Source: a virus (taxonomy: Duplodnaviria; Caudoviricetes). From it: DNA of 64,000 nucleotides. Position 1 is the first letter of the stretch. Each line of letters opens with the position of its first letter. The notes under the pieces were generated by a model, which was not told the origin of the DNA, searched no databases, and saw nothing but the letters and a program-made list of their open reading frames with translations. The position numbers and the translations under genes were made by a program. Below are positions 17,087 to 26,155 of the stretch, piece by piece. The stretch lies in the IMG/VR virus record IMGVR_UViG_3300021958_010858, positions 2,982-66,981 of that record, one strand, 5' to 3'.

Positions 17087-17727
17087 TTTGTGTAAACTTT
17101 AAATTGGCTTAAGTCTGGGTAAATCAATGATAAATCTTTATTTTGTTTTTTTGATCCATCTGAATTGTAAAATTGTTTTATTAGTAATAGCCCTCTTGCT
17201 GCGAGTTCGGGCATCATGTAAAAGTTCCAGCCCAGCATGTCTAGGTTATCATCCAGATAATTACACTCTCTTCTGCCGCTATACCTAGCCCTCTTAAACC
17301 AGAAAAAAGCATTTTCATCATCGGTTAAAATTGCGCCCCCTTTTGATAATTTAAAATGTTTACTTGGCCCAGTAAAAGATATGCAGGCATGAGTATTAGG
17401 TTTGTACATATCTGCAGTAAATCGTAGCGCAGAATCCCATATTTTTGTACTTCCTAATTGATATGCCCCAGTAAGATGTTTTGTTTTTATTTTTTTAAAT
17501 TTAACCTTTAATCCTGCATGAATTATCTCACAGGGAACCGATGGGTAGGTTCTTGAAGGAATTGTAATATGTTTAGAGGTTATAGACTTTGCTACATGAT
17601 ATTCGTAATATAAGCATAAAAATAAAGCGTTGCTTGCGTTGTCTACCGTAACCACATATGGCGCACCAGTATATTTCGACAGTTCGCCTTCGAAATCTTT
17701 AGTTATTTTATGTACTCCGTTTGCCAT
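17083..17727 (-). CDS. DegT/DnrJ/EryC1/StrS PLP aminotransferase, short form
   Basis: VDNASNAL, TYPSVP, IWDSA, SFTGPSKHF.L.KGGAIL (PLP Lys), GWNFYM. Confidence 0.82.
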   Translation of the reverse strand: MANGVHKITKDFEGELSKYTGAPYVVTVDNASNALFLCLYYEYHVAKSITSKHITIPSRTYPSVPCEIIHAGLKVKFKKIKTKHLTGAYQLGSTKIWDSALRFTADMYKPNTHACISFTGPSKHFKLSKGGAILTDDENAFFWFKRARYSGRRECNYLDDNLDMLGWNFYMMPELAARGLLLIKQFYNSDGSKKQNKDLSLIYPDLSQFKVYTK

Positions 17728-17811
17728 TTTTGTATTTTATATCTACTGTATTATATGGATAGAGCGTTGTTTTTAAAAAAAATGTATGTTTCATGATTTC
17801 TAGAAATAATT

Positions 17812-18777
17812 TTATTTTAGAGATAATAGGTATTTTTCAAAAATGTCTGCGCATTTTTGCGTAGAAAATGATTTCATCAGTTTAAAATGTCCATTTTTTC
17901 TAATTCTGTCTACTTCGTCTTTATTGTTTATGACAAAGTTTAATTTGTCTTCAATATTCTCGATAGAATAAGATATATAGTCCTCTCCTTCAATTAATTT
18001 TGTGTAAGGAATCAAGTAAATGTCTTTGCCTTGTTCGTGTAAAAACAGGAGGCATCCGCGATTTAAAGAATCTATATCCCCTCTGGTTCTTGTCATTCCA
18101 TGCCCAGGACAACTTATCTCACACAAAACATTATTTAGGCAGTGCGGATAATTTTTAAGTCTTGATGTATTTATGTTGAACCTGTCTTTTATCTTATTGA
18201 TGTAAGGATTTATTTCTTTTCTAATATTAAAAATGTTATGAGTGTCATTTCCCCAGTAGTGTAGTAGATGTGTTCTTTTTTGGTTAAAATCTACCTTTAA
18301 GCCTTCGTCCCAAGGCCAAGTGGTCTGTAGTATTACATTAAATTTATTCAAATAAGTCTCGTGGGGAGTTGTTTTTATTCTTGGGATTTCTAAAAAAAAC
18401 TTCTCTCCCATTTTGGATATCTGCTCTCGTAAAAGCTTATTTTTTATAGTATAATTTGACAAATTGATAAATCTTGAAAACGCATCGTCTATTCCATTGT
18501 CATGCGCATCAAATAATATTTTGTTTTTATTTTTTAATTTTAAGAATTTTAAATCCGCCCTTTCAACTAATTCGCTTTTGAACCTTTTTTCAGACGAAGT
18601 TTCTCCAGGAAATGTTTGATATATAATCGTAAAATCTTCATCGCAGTAAAAGCTTTTTTTTGCGAATGTCTTTAAGTCAATTTTTCTTAAAAAAATATTT
18701 TTTTTTCGAATATGGCTTACGACGCTATTGAAGTATTTAATGTTGCAGCCTTTATCTTTTATGTATAGTATTTTCAT
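17812..18777 (-). CDS. GT-B glycosyltransferase-like protein
   Basis: C-terminal SCPG.G...R.D..SL..GCLL...LIEGEDYI...RIRKNG. Confidence 0.6.
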   Translation of the reverse strand: MKILYIKDKGCNIKYFNSVVSHIRKKNIFLRKIDLKTFAKKSFYCDEDFTIIYQTFPGETSSEKRFKSELVERADLKFLKLKNKNKILFDAHDNGIDDAFSRFINLSNYTIKNKLLREQISKMGEKFFLEIPRIKTTPHETYLNKFNVILQTTWPWDEGLKVDFNQKRTHLLHYWGNDTHNIFNIRKEINPYINKIKDRFNINTSRLKNYPHCLNNVLCEISCPGHGMTRTRGDIDSLNRGCLLFLHEQGKDIYLIPYTKLIEGEDYISYSIENIEDKLNFVINNKDEVDRIRKNGHFKLMKSFSTQKCADIFEKYLLSLK

Positions 18778-19631
18778 TAATTAATTTTGTTGAAATACTT
18801 ATGCAGTTCGGTTACATCTGGGTGACTCGGAATAAAATGTATATAATTATGTATGTTCATTTTTTTTTCGTACAATCGCTCAAAGGTAAGTTTTGGGTCT
18901 AATTTGTTTTTTATAATGTCTTCTAATAATTTTTTTTGTTGCTCGTAGACTTTCTTTCTTCCGTCTTTCGCGTAAGTAAGAAGTCTTTTTTTAAGTTTTT
19001 CAATTGTGTCTTTATTCCATTTATAATGATCCAGTACTAAAAATGAATTTTTAGGTTTTCTTATTTTGCCTTTTATGCAGTGAGCTGAGGTGAAGCGGAA
19101 ATCGGCACTGCACTTAAAAAGAGGGAGCTTGTGTGAATGGGCGCATGACTGTGTGAGGGGGTAGTAGTGGGAGAAGTTAGAAAGCGAATCTTTTTGGGTT
19201 GTAATTTCTTTTTGCAAATCGGTGATGCAAAATTTATCACACATAATGCCCGAAATGCCATCTAGGCCATGAGAGGATATGTTTTTTGTGAGTTCTCGTA
19301 AATCTCTACAATCAACTCCTGGAGATTCTTTAAGGTTGATAAATTCGTCTACGTCTACATATACAAGCCAGTCTTCTGTGCCCGAAAGTTCTTTGATGTG
19401 ATTGTTTATTTGTTCTCTTTTTATATCTGAATGGAATTTATTTACTACATAAGTTGCCCTTACATTATAGTTATTGATTGTTTTTTCTATTACGTTTTTT
19501 AAATTATTGTTTGAACTGATGTCCACTATCAGGCGAAAACTGTCCACACCAAGTTTTTTATAGTGGCTTAAGAAATGGTGCAGTAATTTATGCTCTAATG
19601 CATCAAGATAGCAGAATAAGTTAATCTTCAT
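18777..19631 (-). CDS. GT2-like glycosyltransferase
   Basis: FLSHY..LGV..F, DWLVYVDVDEF, LDHYKW. Confidence 0.7.
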   Translation of the reverse strand: MKINLFCYLDALEHKLLHHFLSHYKKLGVDSFRLIVDISSNNNLKNVIEKTINNYNVRATYVVNKFHSDIKREQINNHIKELSGTEDWLVYVDVDEFINLKESPGVDCRDLRELTKNISSHGLDGISGIMCDKFCITDLQKEITTQKDSLSNFSHYYPLTQSCAHSHKLPLFKCSADFRFTSAHCIKGKIRKPKNSFLVLDHYKWNKDTIEKLKKRLLTYAKDGRKKVYEQQKKLLEDIIKNKLDPKLTFERLYEKKMNIHNYIHFIPSHPDVTELHKYFNKIN

Positions 19632-19634
19632 GTT

Positions 19635-20597
19635 TTAAATAAAATCTGTTTCAGCCTGTCCAGTACGCGCAATTGTCCAGTTTTTTGTTTTGTCGAATTT
19701 TCCACCAAGACCCATTGCGGAATAATCTCCCCAGGGTGGGTAAAACACGCGGCTCCCTTGGTGCAAAAAGCCAGCCATTGCGGAAAACTTACTCCTAGAT
19801 AAAACTAAAACATCCGCATTGATCATTGACCATATTGCTCCATCTTTATCTGGAACCTCTACTCGATATTCTGGGAATTGTTCTTTGGCTAAGTTTTTGC
19901 TTTGCGGTGCAGTTATAATGCAGATTTTGTGGAGCGGGTAGGAAGATTCAAGGTTGGCAATTAGTTTTTTGATATATTCTGGCTTAGAGGGCACTTGTGA
20001 TATTGGCCGTTTTCCAGAAAAAGTTTTATCTGGAGTCTCTATGTATTGTTCTATGTTTTTGCAATCAGATATGATGGCTTCATGTTTGAATCTTTTTTTT
20101 CGAACATCCTCAAGTCTCAAGTGAATGCATATAATTTTCTCGCCTTTTTGCCATAAAGATTTTTCCCTTGAGGCGTCTTTATTGAGGTAATGCAAGAAGT
20201 CTTTTTTGAAATATTTTTCAAATGCAGAAACTAAATCTAGTTCAATTTCTTTGGTAGTATCCGCACTACACAAGAATGATGCGCAGTCCCAGCAGCTTTC
20301 GGCTGACAGAAAATGACATGATTTCTCTCCGTTCATATTTTTCTCTGGAATTTCGACTCCAGCTATTTGTTTTATTTCTTCTGCAGTTATTTGTTTTGAA
20401 AAATTTTCGAATGTTTTTGACCAAATACTGTCGGGGTATTTTATTTTATAATGATAGACATTTGAGTTTGAAAATTTTGCCCTTATGAAGTTTGCCACTT
20501 TATTTATCCAGTTCGTCCCCTCTCTGTCTTTCCTATTTCTTAATAGGATTTTTTGTCTTGCTGGATGAAATCCTTGTTCTCTGAAAATTTTTTTCAT
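19635..20597 (-). CDS. GT11-like (fucosyltransferase-fold) glycosyltransferase
   Basis: CIHLRLED and M.NADVLVLSRSKFS motifs. Confidence 0.6.
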   Translation of the reverse strand: MKKIFREQGFHPARQKILLRNRKDREGTNWINKVANFIRAKFSNSNVYHYKIKYPDSIWSKTFENFSKQITAEEIKQIAGVEIPEKNMNGEKSCHFLSAESCWDCASFLCSADTTKEIELDLVSAFEKYFKKDFLHYLNKDASREKSLWQKGEKIICIHLRLEDVRKKRFKHEAIISDCKNIEQYIETPDKTFSGKRPISQVPSKPEYIKKLIANLESSYPLHKICIITAPQSKNLAKEQFPEYRVEVPDKDGAIWSMINADVLVLSRSKFSAMAGFLHQGSRVFYPPWGDYSAMGLGGKFDKTKNWTIARTGQAETDFI

Positions 20598-21583
20598 ATC
20601 GCGCTTATCTGATTATAATATTTTTTTGCCCATACCATTGGATCATATTCTATCTTGGCTTTATTATACGCATTAATTGATACTTCTTGTCTAATTTTAT
20701 AGTCACTTAGCTTTCTTAGGGCATGCAGCCAGCCTGATTTACTATGAGCCATAAAACCGCAATCTCCAGAACCTAATAAATGCCCGTGGCTGGGGGAAAA
20801 ATCCGCTATGACTGGAATTCCTAGTTGAAAAAAAACTAGACATCTTCCGTTATTACATTTGTTTTTAAATCTAAATAGGTAGTCCGTTTTAAATTTACCA
20901 TTCTTTTCGTCTATAGAATCTAATTTTTCTGTAGCGTCGTGTATCCCTGGAATGATTCCTATGTCACAACTTTGTATGTCTGATTTGATTGAATCAAAGT
21001 TCCATAATTTTGTTTTTATGTTTTTTATATTTGGCTTGCCTGTTGTCCAATTTGGGGATTCTTTTTCCGAAACGATTAAGAGTTCTATCTCTTGCTCTTT
21101 TTCAAATTCTTCAAGCGCATATTTTAAATTTGGGCCAAAGGAGGCTAGGTGGTGCGTCCATCCGTGAAAGCATATCTTAAGCAATTCTTTTTTTTCATGA
21201 ATTTTTATCTTTGCATCAAGATACATTGACTCGATGTGCGCATTAATTATTACATTTTTGTGAAAAGACAGGCTGTCCGCCTCTTCAAGGGATCCAGCCA
21301 TTGCAAAATCAAATGGCAAATTGAGCTTTGGCGGAGGCGTAATTGCGCCAATAATTTTATTTGGGTGGCTTTTTTTAATGTCATTAAAAACCCTTCTATT
21401 TTGGAAGCGACCTTTTCCTAAGATTATTATATCATGCTCTTTAATTTCGCTCTCTCTGGGCTTATTAGTTATTTTTGAAGGTATGCCTAGAGATTTGAAA
21501 TAACCATTGTAATCGTTTACCCATATCCTAAAAGACCCAGTGGTTATTTTGTGGTTGGATGCTATGAATAAAATTTTTTTCAT
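20594..21583 (-). CDS. GT4-like glycosyltransferase
   Basis: CFHG, CDIGIIP, K.NNGR, LGIPVIAD; ATG 21583 preferred. Confidence 0.65.
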   Translation of the reverse strand: MKKILFIASNHKITTGSFRIWVNDYNGYFKSLGIPSKITNKPRESEIKEHDIIILGKGRFQNRRVFNDIKKSHPNKIIGAITPPPKLNLPFDFAMAGSLEEADSLSFHKNVIINAHIESMYLDAKIKIHEKKELLKICFHGWTHHLASFGPNLKYALEEFEKEQEIELLIVSEKESPNWTTGKPNIKNIKTKLWNFDSIKSDIQSCDIGIIPGIHDATEKLDSIDEKNGKFKTDYLFRFKNKCNNGRCLVFFQLGIPVIADFSPSHGHLLGSGDCGFMAHSKSGWLHALRKLSDYKIRQEVSINAYNKAKIEYDPMVWAKKYYNQISAI

Positions 21584-22161
21584 TGTTTCCAGGGTAATGC
21601 TAATGATTTTCCGTTTCCCGCCCATTCTCCATAAATATTATCAATCCCCAAAGATTTTATCTTTTTTTCTAACGCCACTTCTTCGTCTTTTAGGGTCTTT
21701 ATTTTATTTGCATGAAACTCGACAAAAAGTTTGTCGATATTAAATATGACTTTTGTATCGATTAATTTATTAAGCACACGATATTCTGCGCCCTCTATGT
21801 CCATTTTTAATATATGAATATTTTCGCCTAGAGATTTTATGAATTCACACAAATCAATTGATTCAACTTCATCAAAGGGTTGGTCCATGAGCCTTCTGCC
21901 CTGCCTTGAAAAAATGGATGAAGATTGGAATCCGCCTTCGTTTCCGTATTTATCCATGTAATAATTTAATTTTAATTTAGATTTTTTGTCTAAAATTAGA
22001 TTATTGAAGCACTTTACCTTTGGGTTATTTTGGAATCTTTTTTTTAGTTTTTTAAAAGGGATTTTTGCAGGTTCAAAAGCATAAACGACATCCGTCTCTT
22101 TTAGCAGTTTTTCTACTACATCTCCCTGATTTGCACCGCAATCTATTGATATTTTTGTCAT
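21580..22161 (-). CDS. FkbM-family SAM methyltransferase
   Basis: IDCGANQG, YAFEP, LKMDIEGAE, FVEFH. Confidence 0.9.
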   Translation of the reverse strand: MTKISIDCGANQGDVVEKLLKETDVVYAFEPAKIPFKKLKKRFQNNPKVKCFNNLILDKKSKLKLNYYMDKYGNEGGFQSSSIFSRQGRRLMDQPFDEVESIDLCEFIKSLGENIHILKMDIEGAEYRVLNKLIDTKVIFNIDKLFVEFHANKIKTLKDEEVALEKKIKSLGIDNIYGEWAGNGKSLALPWKQ

Positions 22162-22925
22162 TTTATATTTAAAAGAAGTTTTATTCGTTCTTTGTCGTGT
22201 GAGTGTAGGAGCCCGAAATCATTTCTTCCTTTTTGCTCGCAAAAAATATTATATTTTATTTCATTATCTTTCAGCATTTTTTTCATTATGATTTCTGTTG
22301 GCACCCAATCTTTTTGATTTAGTGATTTTCTGTCATTAAATAATTTTTGAGAACAATATTTTTTGATTGTTTTTTTGTAGTTTTCGAAGTGATTGTATTT
22401 AAATTTATTAGGGCGATATATTTGACTAGATGTGGTAAGTCCAGAAGTTGGGCCGCTTCTAAATCTAGAAAAATGATGTGAAATATCATTGGGAAAATTT
22501 TTTAACATATATTTTTCTATATTTTCGTGATTGGTAACATAGCAATCTATATTTAGGTGAATTACGTAATCGTATGACCGCAATAATGGAAAAGTTAAAA
22601 AGTATGCCTCGAGAGTTCCAGCAAACCATCCTGGTGAACTCGACATCTTTTTTTTGATATTAATTTGTTGGGGTTCGCTTGTCAAGTCAAGATCTTTGAA
22701 GATTGTATGTCCATTTACTGGGCTATAAAAAAGTCTTTTGTTTTTGTTTGGAAATTTTAAAAGATAGTTTTCTATTTGTGTTGCAGAAACTTTTTGGCTA
22801 TTTACGTAGGCTAGTATATCGGCATTTTTTAAAATTGATTCGTCTGGTAATCTGTCCAGAAAACGGGCCGAAAAATCCCATTCATAAGTGTTTTCATGGG
22901 AAGTGTATAGGATTGCGCATTTCAT
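22158..22925 (-). CDS. possible GT-A glycosyltransferase
   Basis: YDYVIHLNIDCY; position inside the glycan cluster. Confidence 0.4.
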   Translation of the reverse strand: MKCAILYTSHENTYEWDFSARFLDRLPDESILKNADILAYVNSQKVSATQIENYLLKFPNKNKRLFYSPVNGHTIFKDLDLTSEPQQINIKKKMSSSPGWFAGTLEAYFLTFPLLRSYDYVIHLNIDCYVTNHENIEKYMLKNFPNDISHHFSRFRSGPTSGLTTSSQIYRPNKFKYNHFENYKKTIKKYCSQKLFNDRKSLNQKDWVPTEIIMKKMLKDNEIKYNIFCEQKGRNDFGLLHSHDKERIKLLLNIK

Positions 22926-22932
22926 TTATCGA

Positions 22933-23646
22933 TTAATATTTGTAAAAATTATCTTCGCAATATTTTTGTGCGGAGTCTAAATCTGGACAATTATGCCTCA
23001 TATGGTATATTCTTTCCTTTAAATGGGCTTGTCCAAAATTTCTGTGAAGCCTACGAACCTTTTCTCTCGTCTGTTGTCCTCTAATATTATACTCTACTGG
23101 ATAGTGGCAAATATTGACCCCGCTTTCCCACAAGCTTATTCTTAGGCTGACTTGATCCCAGCCGCTAGTCTTTGAGGAATATTTATAGAAATATTCTTTC
23201 CATAATTTTAAAAATTTTTCTGTCCTTTCGTTTTTTGTGAAACTCATTATTCCGCCGTTTATTTCAGAGAAGCTGTAGGGTATTGCGTTGTACTCTGGAA
23301 TATTGCAATACTTTTTTCTTTTTCTTGCTAAATCGTGTGTTGCCCCGACATCAAATCTTGGGAAAATATCAAACATATCTGAAATATCATAATTAATTAC
23401 TGTATCAGAGTCTAAATATAGGGTATTGTCGTAAGGGGAATCGCTTATAAAGTCAACCTTTGCTCGAATATGTTTTGGATTAATTTGTATTAAATTGTCT
23501 ACCCTTTCATCCCTAAAGCTCTTGTCGCAAAAAACCGTAACTGGAATATTTGGCGAATGTTTTTTAAGAGACTCAATTGATACCAAAAATTCTTTTATAT
23601 ATTTTTCGTTGAAGATGATGTATATTATTCCATTTTTCATTTCCAC
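22933..23646 (-). CDS. nucleotide-diphospho-sugar transferase (GT8/GT77-like)
   Basis: SPYDNTLYLDSDT, EINGG, WDQVSLR. Confidence 0.75.
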   Translation of the reverse strand: MEMKNGIIYIIFNEKYIKEFLVSIESLKKHSPNIPVTVFCDKSFRDERVDNLIQINPKHIRAKVDFISDSPYDNTLYLDSDTVINYDISDMFDIFPRFDVGATHDLARKRKKYCNIPEYNAIPYSFSEINGGIMSFTKNERTEKFLKLWKEYFYKYSSKTSGWDQVSLRISLWESGVNICHYPVEYNIRGQQTREKVRRLHRNFGQAHLKERIYHMRHNCPDLDSAQKYCEDNFYKY

Positions 23647-23807
23647 TTACAGTAGCTTGGATCTTCTGCCCGTTTGCGGCGCATATAATCTCTTTTTTGT
23701 TGTTTGCGTTTTTCAGGGTCTTTGCTGTCGTACTTCTCTTGCGCGCGCGAGGAAGCCTCTTTGCCCTTTTGTGTCTTTAGATATTTTTCCTGGGATTTAT
23801 TTTTCAT
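23637..23807 (-). CDS. 56-aa basic protein (not in ORF track)
   Basis: MKNKSQEKYLKTQKGKEA...RDYMRRKRAEDPSYCKWK*. Confidence 0.6.
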   Translation of the reverse strand: MKNKSQEKYLKTQKGKEASSRAQEKYDSKDPEKRKQQKRDYMRRKRAEDPSYCKWK

Positions 23808-24005
23808 TATCTATAGTCCACTGGTGAGCCGAATTTTGTTCACTTTTTTTTTTCATATTTACAATTCTATTGTACTACCTTTTTGGTAGTTTTCTAAAAA
23901 AAATAAAATTGTGTAACGATCTTTTTGACCCTGTTAAAAAAATTTGATAAGCTCAAAGGACTTTGGCCCTCTCGCTACAATAATATATACACATAAATAA
24001 ATTTT

Positions 24006-25268
24006 TTAACTAAAAATATCTAATATTGGGGGCTCGCCATTTGAAACTTTAAAGGGTCTTCCGCTTGGGGAGTAAGTTGTCTTTTCGACGCTTAGTCCCA
24101 TAGCATAAGCTATTGTTGCATTTATTGACGGTACATCTACTCCATTTTCTTCCACATAATGACCTCTTTTGTCTGATTTTCCGTAAACATAACCTTCTTT
24201 GATTCCTCCTCCCGCAAACAAAACGCTAAACGCAGATGGATGATGATCTCTTCCAACTCTTCCAGCTTTTACTTCTGGAGTTCTTCCGAATTCACTGGCC
24301 ACAACAACCATTGTGTCAGAAAGTAAGCCGCGAACGCTCAAATCCTCGAGTAGAGAACTTAGTCCAGCATCTAGGACCGCTCCTCGTGTTTCCATGTTTC
24401 CAAAAACATCATTGTGCATGTCCCATCCGCCGTAAGAAACTTCTACAAAGCGAACTTTGTTTTCAACAAGCCTTCTTGCGAGCAAGCATCCCTGTCCGAA
24501 GTTGTCTTGTCCATATTTTTCTCTAAGCGATTCAGGCTCTTTTGTTAAATCAAAAGCCTCCAAGTCTTTACTTTTCATTAAGTTGACTGCGCTGTCGTAT
24601 AAATCTGAATAGGCTCTAACTTGTTTTTGCGGAAAGTCATTCGAAAAACTTTTATTTAAAAAACTTGATGCCTCCAAGCGCTTGTTATACATACTTTCTT
24701 GAACGTATCCAGATTTTTTTACATTTTGTATTCCTGCATTTGGATTTCCTAGAGGTAGTGGCCCATATTTACTTTCAAAATAACCAGCCCCAATGATTCC
24801 GCTTCCTCCATTAATTTTTACATTATCTGGCAAGGCTTCATTTAGTTTGCCAGACATTTTACTAATCCAGCTTCCCATGCTTGGGTGAACTATGGTTCCT
24901 CTTTTTTGATAGCTAGTATGTAGTAAATAATTAGCTTGTTCATGCGCTCCCTGATTACTGTTTACAGATCTAACCAAAGAAGCTAAATGCATTTGTTTTG
25001 CGGTCTTGGGTAGCCAATTTCCTAACTGTATTCCATCTGCAGATGTATTGATCGCCGTAGTCTCTCCCATTACATCATTATTTTCTGGCTTTGGGTCAAA
25101 AGTATCGATATGGGTCATGCCTCCAGTCATGTTTAAAAATATGACATGTCTGGCCGTTGGAATTCTTGTTGTTTTTGCTATAAGTTCTGGGCCGTAGATC
25201 AAAGCACTCACTCCCAAGTACGATTTTGCCAAACCTTCTATGAAGGATCGTCTTGATATTTCATTCAT
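24006..25268 (-). CDS. DUF1501-family protein with Tat-like signal
   Basis: SRRSF, VIFLNMTGGMTHIDTFDPKP, ARRLVE..VRFVEV..GGWD.H, SEFGRTP, GRDHHP. Confidence 0.93.
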   Translation of the reverse strand: MNEISRRSFIEGLAKSYLGVSALIYGPELIAKTTRIPTARHVIFLNMTGGMTHIDTFDPKPENNDVMGETTAINTSADGIQLGNWLPKTAKQMHLASLVRSVNSNQGAHEQANYLLHTSYQKRGTIVHPSMGSWISKMSGKLNEALPDNVKINGGSGIIGAGYFESKYGPLPLGNPNAGIQNVKKSGYVQESMYNKRLEASSFLNKSFSNDFPQKQVRAYSDLYDSAVNLMKSKDLEAFDLTKEPESLREKYGQDNFGQGCLLARRLVENKVRFVEVSYGGWDMHNDVFGNMETRGAVLDAGLSSLLEDLSVRGLLSDTMVVVASEFGRTPEVKAGRVGRDHHPSAFSVLFAGGGIKEGYVYGKSDKRGHYVEENGVDVPSINATIAYAMGLSVEKTTYSPSGRPFKVSNGEPPILDIFS

Positions 25269-26116
25269 TAGTAATCTTTCTTTTTTTTGTGATAACCTTT
25301 TGCTTTTTCGTGTTTGTAGCCCATGTCTTTCATTTTCAAATGGTCTTTGTAGGTTTTTGCCATGTATCCCTTACCTGTCTTTGGGTCATACATCATATGT
25401 GGCTTGAAGTCTTTTTCTCCCTCTTCTCCTTTGGCTTTTTTCTTTTTTTCTAAAATAGACTTTTTAATCGCTTCGGGTAATTTTTTTTGCTGCTCAGTTA
25501 GGGAAGACTCTTTATCTTTTTTATTATCTTCTTCGGCTTTGGATTTTTTCTTTTTCTTCTTCTTGGGTTCTTGCGCTTTCTTCCAAGACTTTGCGTCTGG
25601 TCGGTCTTTGTCTCCTGGTTTTGCGGGGCGATAATTTTTTCCCATTCTCTCTTTCTTTTTTCTAATGTTATCCCACAAACCTTTTCCTTGTGATTCGTCT
25701 AAAATTTCTTCAAGCTCTTGGTCGTCTAGCTCTGAACCTTTGGTTATTTTTGTTACACTTTTTGCCGACCACATTTTGCAACTCCAGTATCTTGCTTTCC
25801 ATTTGGGGCCAGGATTGTCGCAATTATGTCTAGACCTAAAAGCTTTTCTCCTGCCTGGGTCATCTCGCTTGATTTCCATATTTGGATCCCCGAAATTAAC
25901 TTTTACGACATTGCCTTTATCGTTCTTTACATAAACAGAAAACTTTTTAGGTCCTCCTGAGGTTCTGAAAGGCTTGTTTAACTTTTTACCTTTGTTTTTT
26001 TCTTCTGCCCAAGCTTCATGGGAGATGTCTTCTTCGATTCCCTCTAGTGAGCATGCATAACAATCCATATAGTGGATTTTTTCAGAAAAGTCTATTTCAA
26101 TTTTTTTATTATTCAT
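25268..26116 (-). CDS. very basic modular phage-type protein
   Basis: VKVNFGDPNM.IKRDD..RRKAFRSRHNC...ARYWSC, GLWDNI and FKPHMMYDPKTG modules. Confidence 0.7.
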   Translation of the reverse strand: MNNKKIEIDFSEKIHYMDCYACSLEGIEEDISHEAWAEEKNKGKKLNKPFRTSGGPKKFSVYVKNDKGNVVKVNFGDPNMEIKRDDPGRRKAFRSRHNCDNPGPKWKARYWSCKMWSAKSVTKITKGSELDDQELEEILDESQGKGLWDNIRKKKERMGKNYRPAKPGDKDRPDAKSWKKAQEPKKKKKKKSKAEEDNKKDKESSLTEQQKKLPEAIKKSILEKKKKAKGEEGEKDFKPHMMYDPKTGKGYMAKTYKDHLKMKDMGYKHEKAKGYHKKKKDY

Positions 26117-26138
26117 AATGATAAAATTTGGTATAGTA

Positions 26139-26148
26139 TATAATACAC
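26139..26148 (-). promoter_or_regulatory. GTGTA-type upstream motif
   Basis: GTGTATTATA upstream of ATG 26116. Confidence 0.45.
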
Positions 26149-26155
26149 GTATTTT

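Noticed and set aside
23945-23980. SAM riboswitch (CTTATCAA and GAGAGGG fragments)
   Set aside because: Elements are in the wrong order and the P1-P4 core cannot be built.
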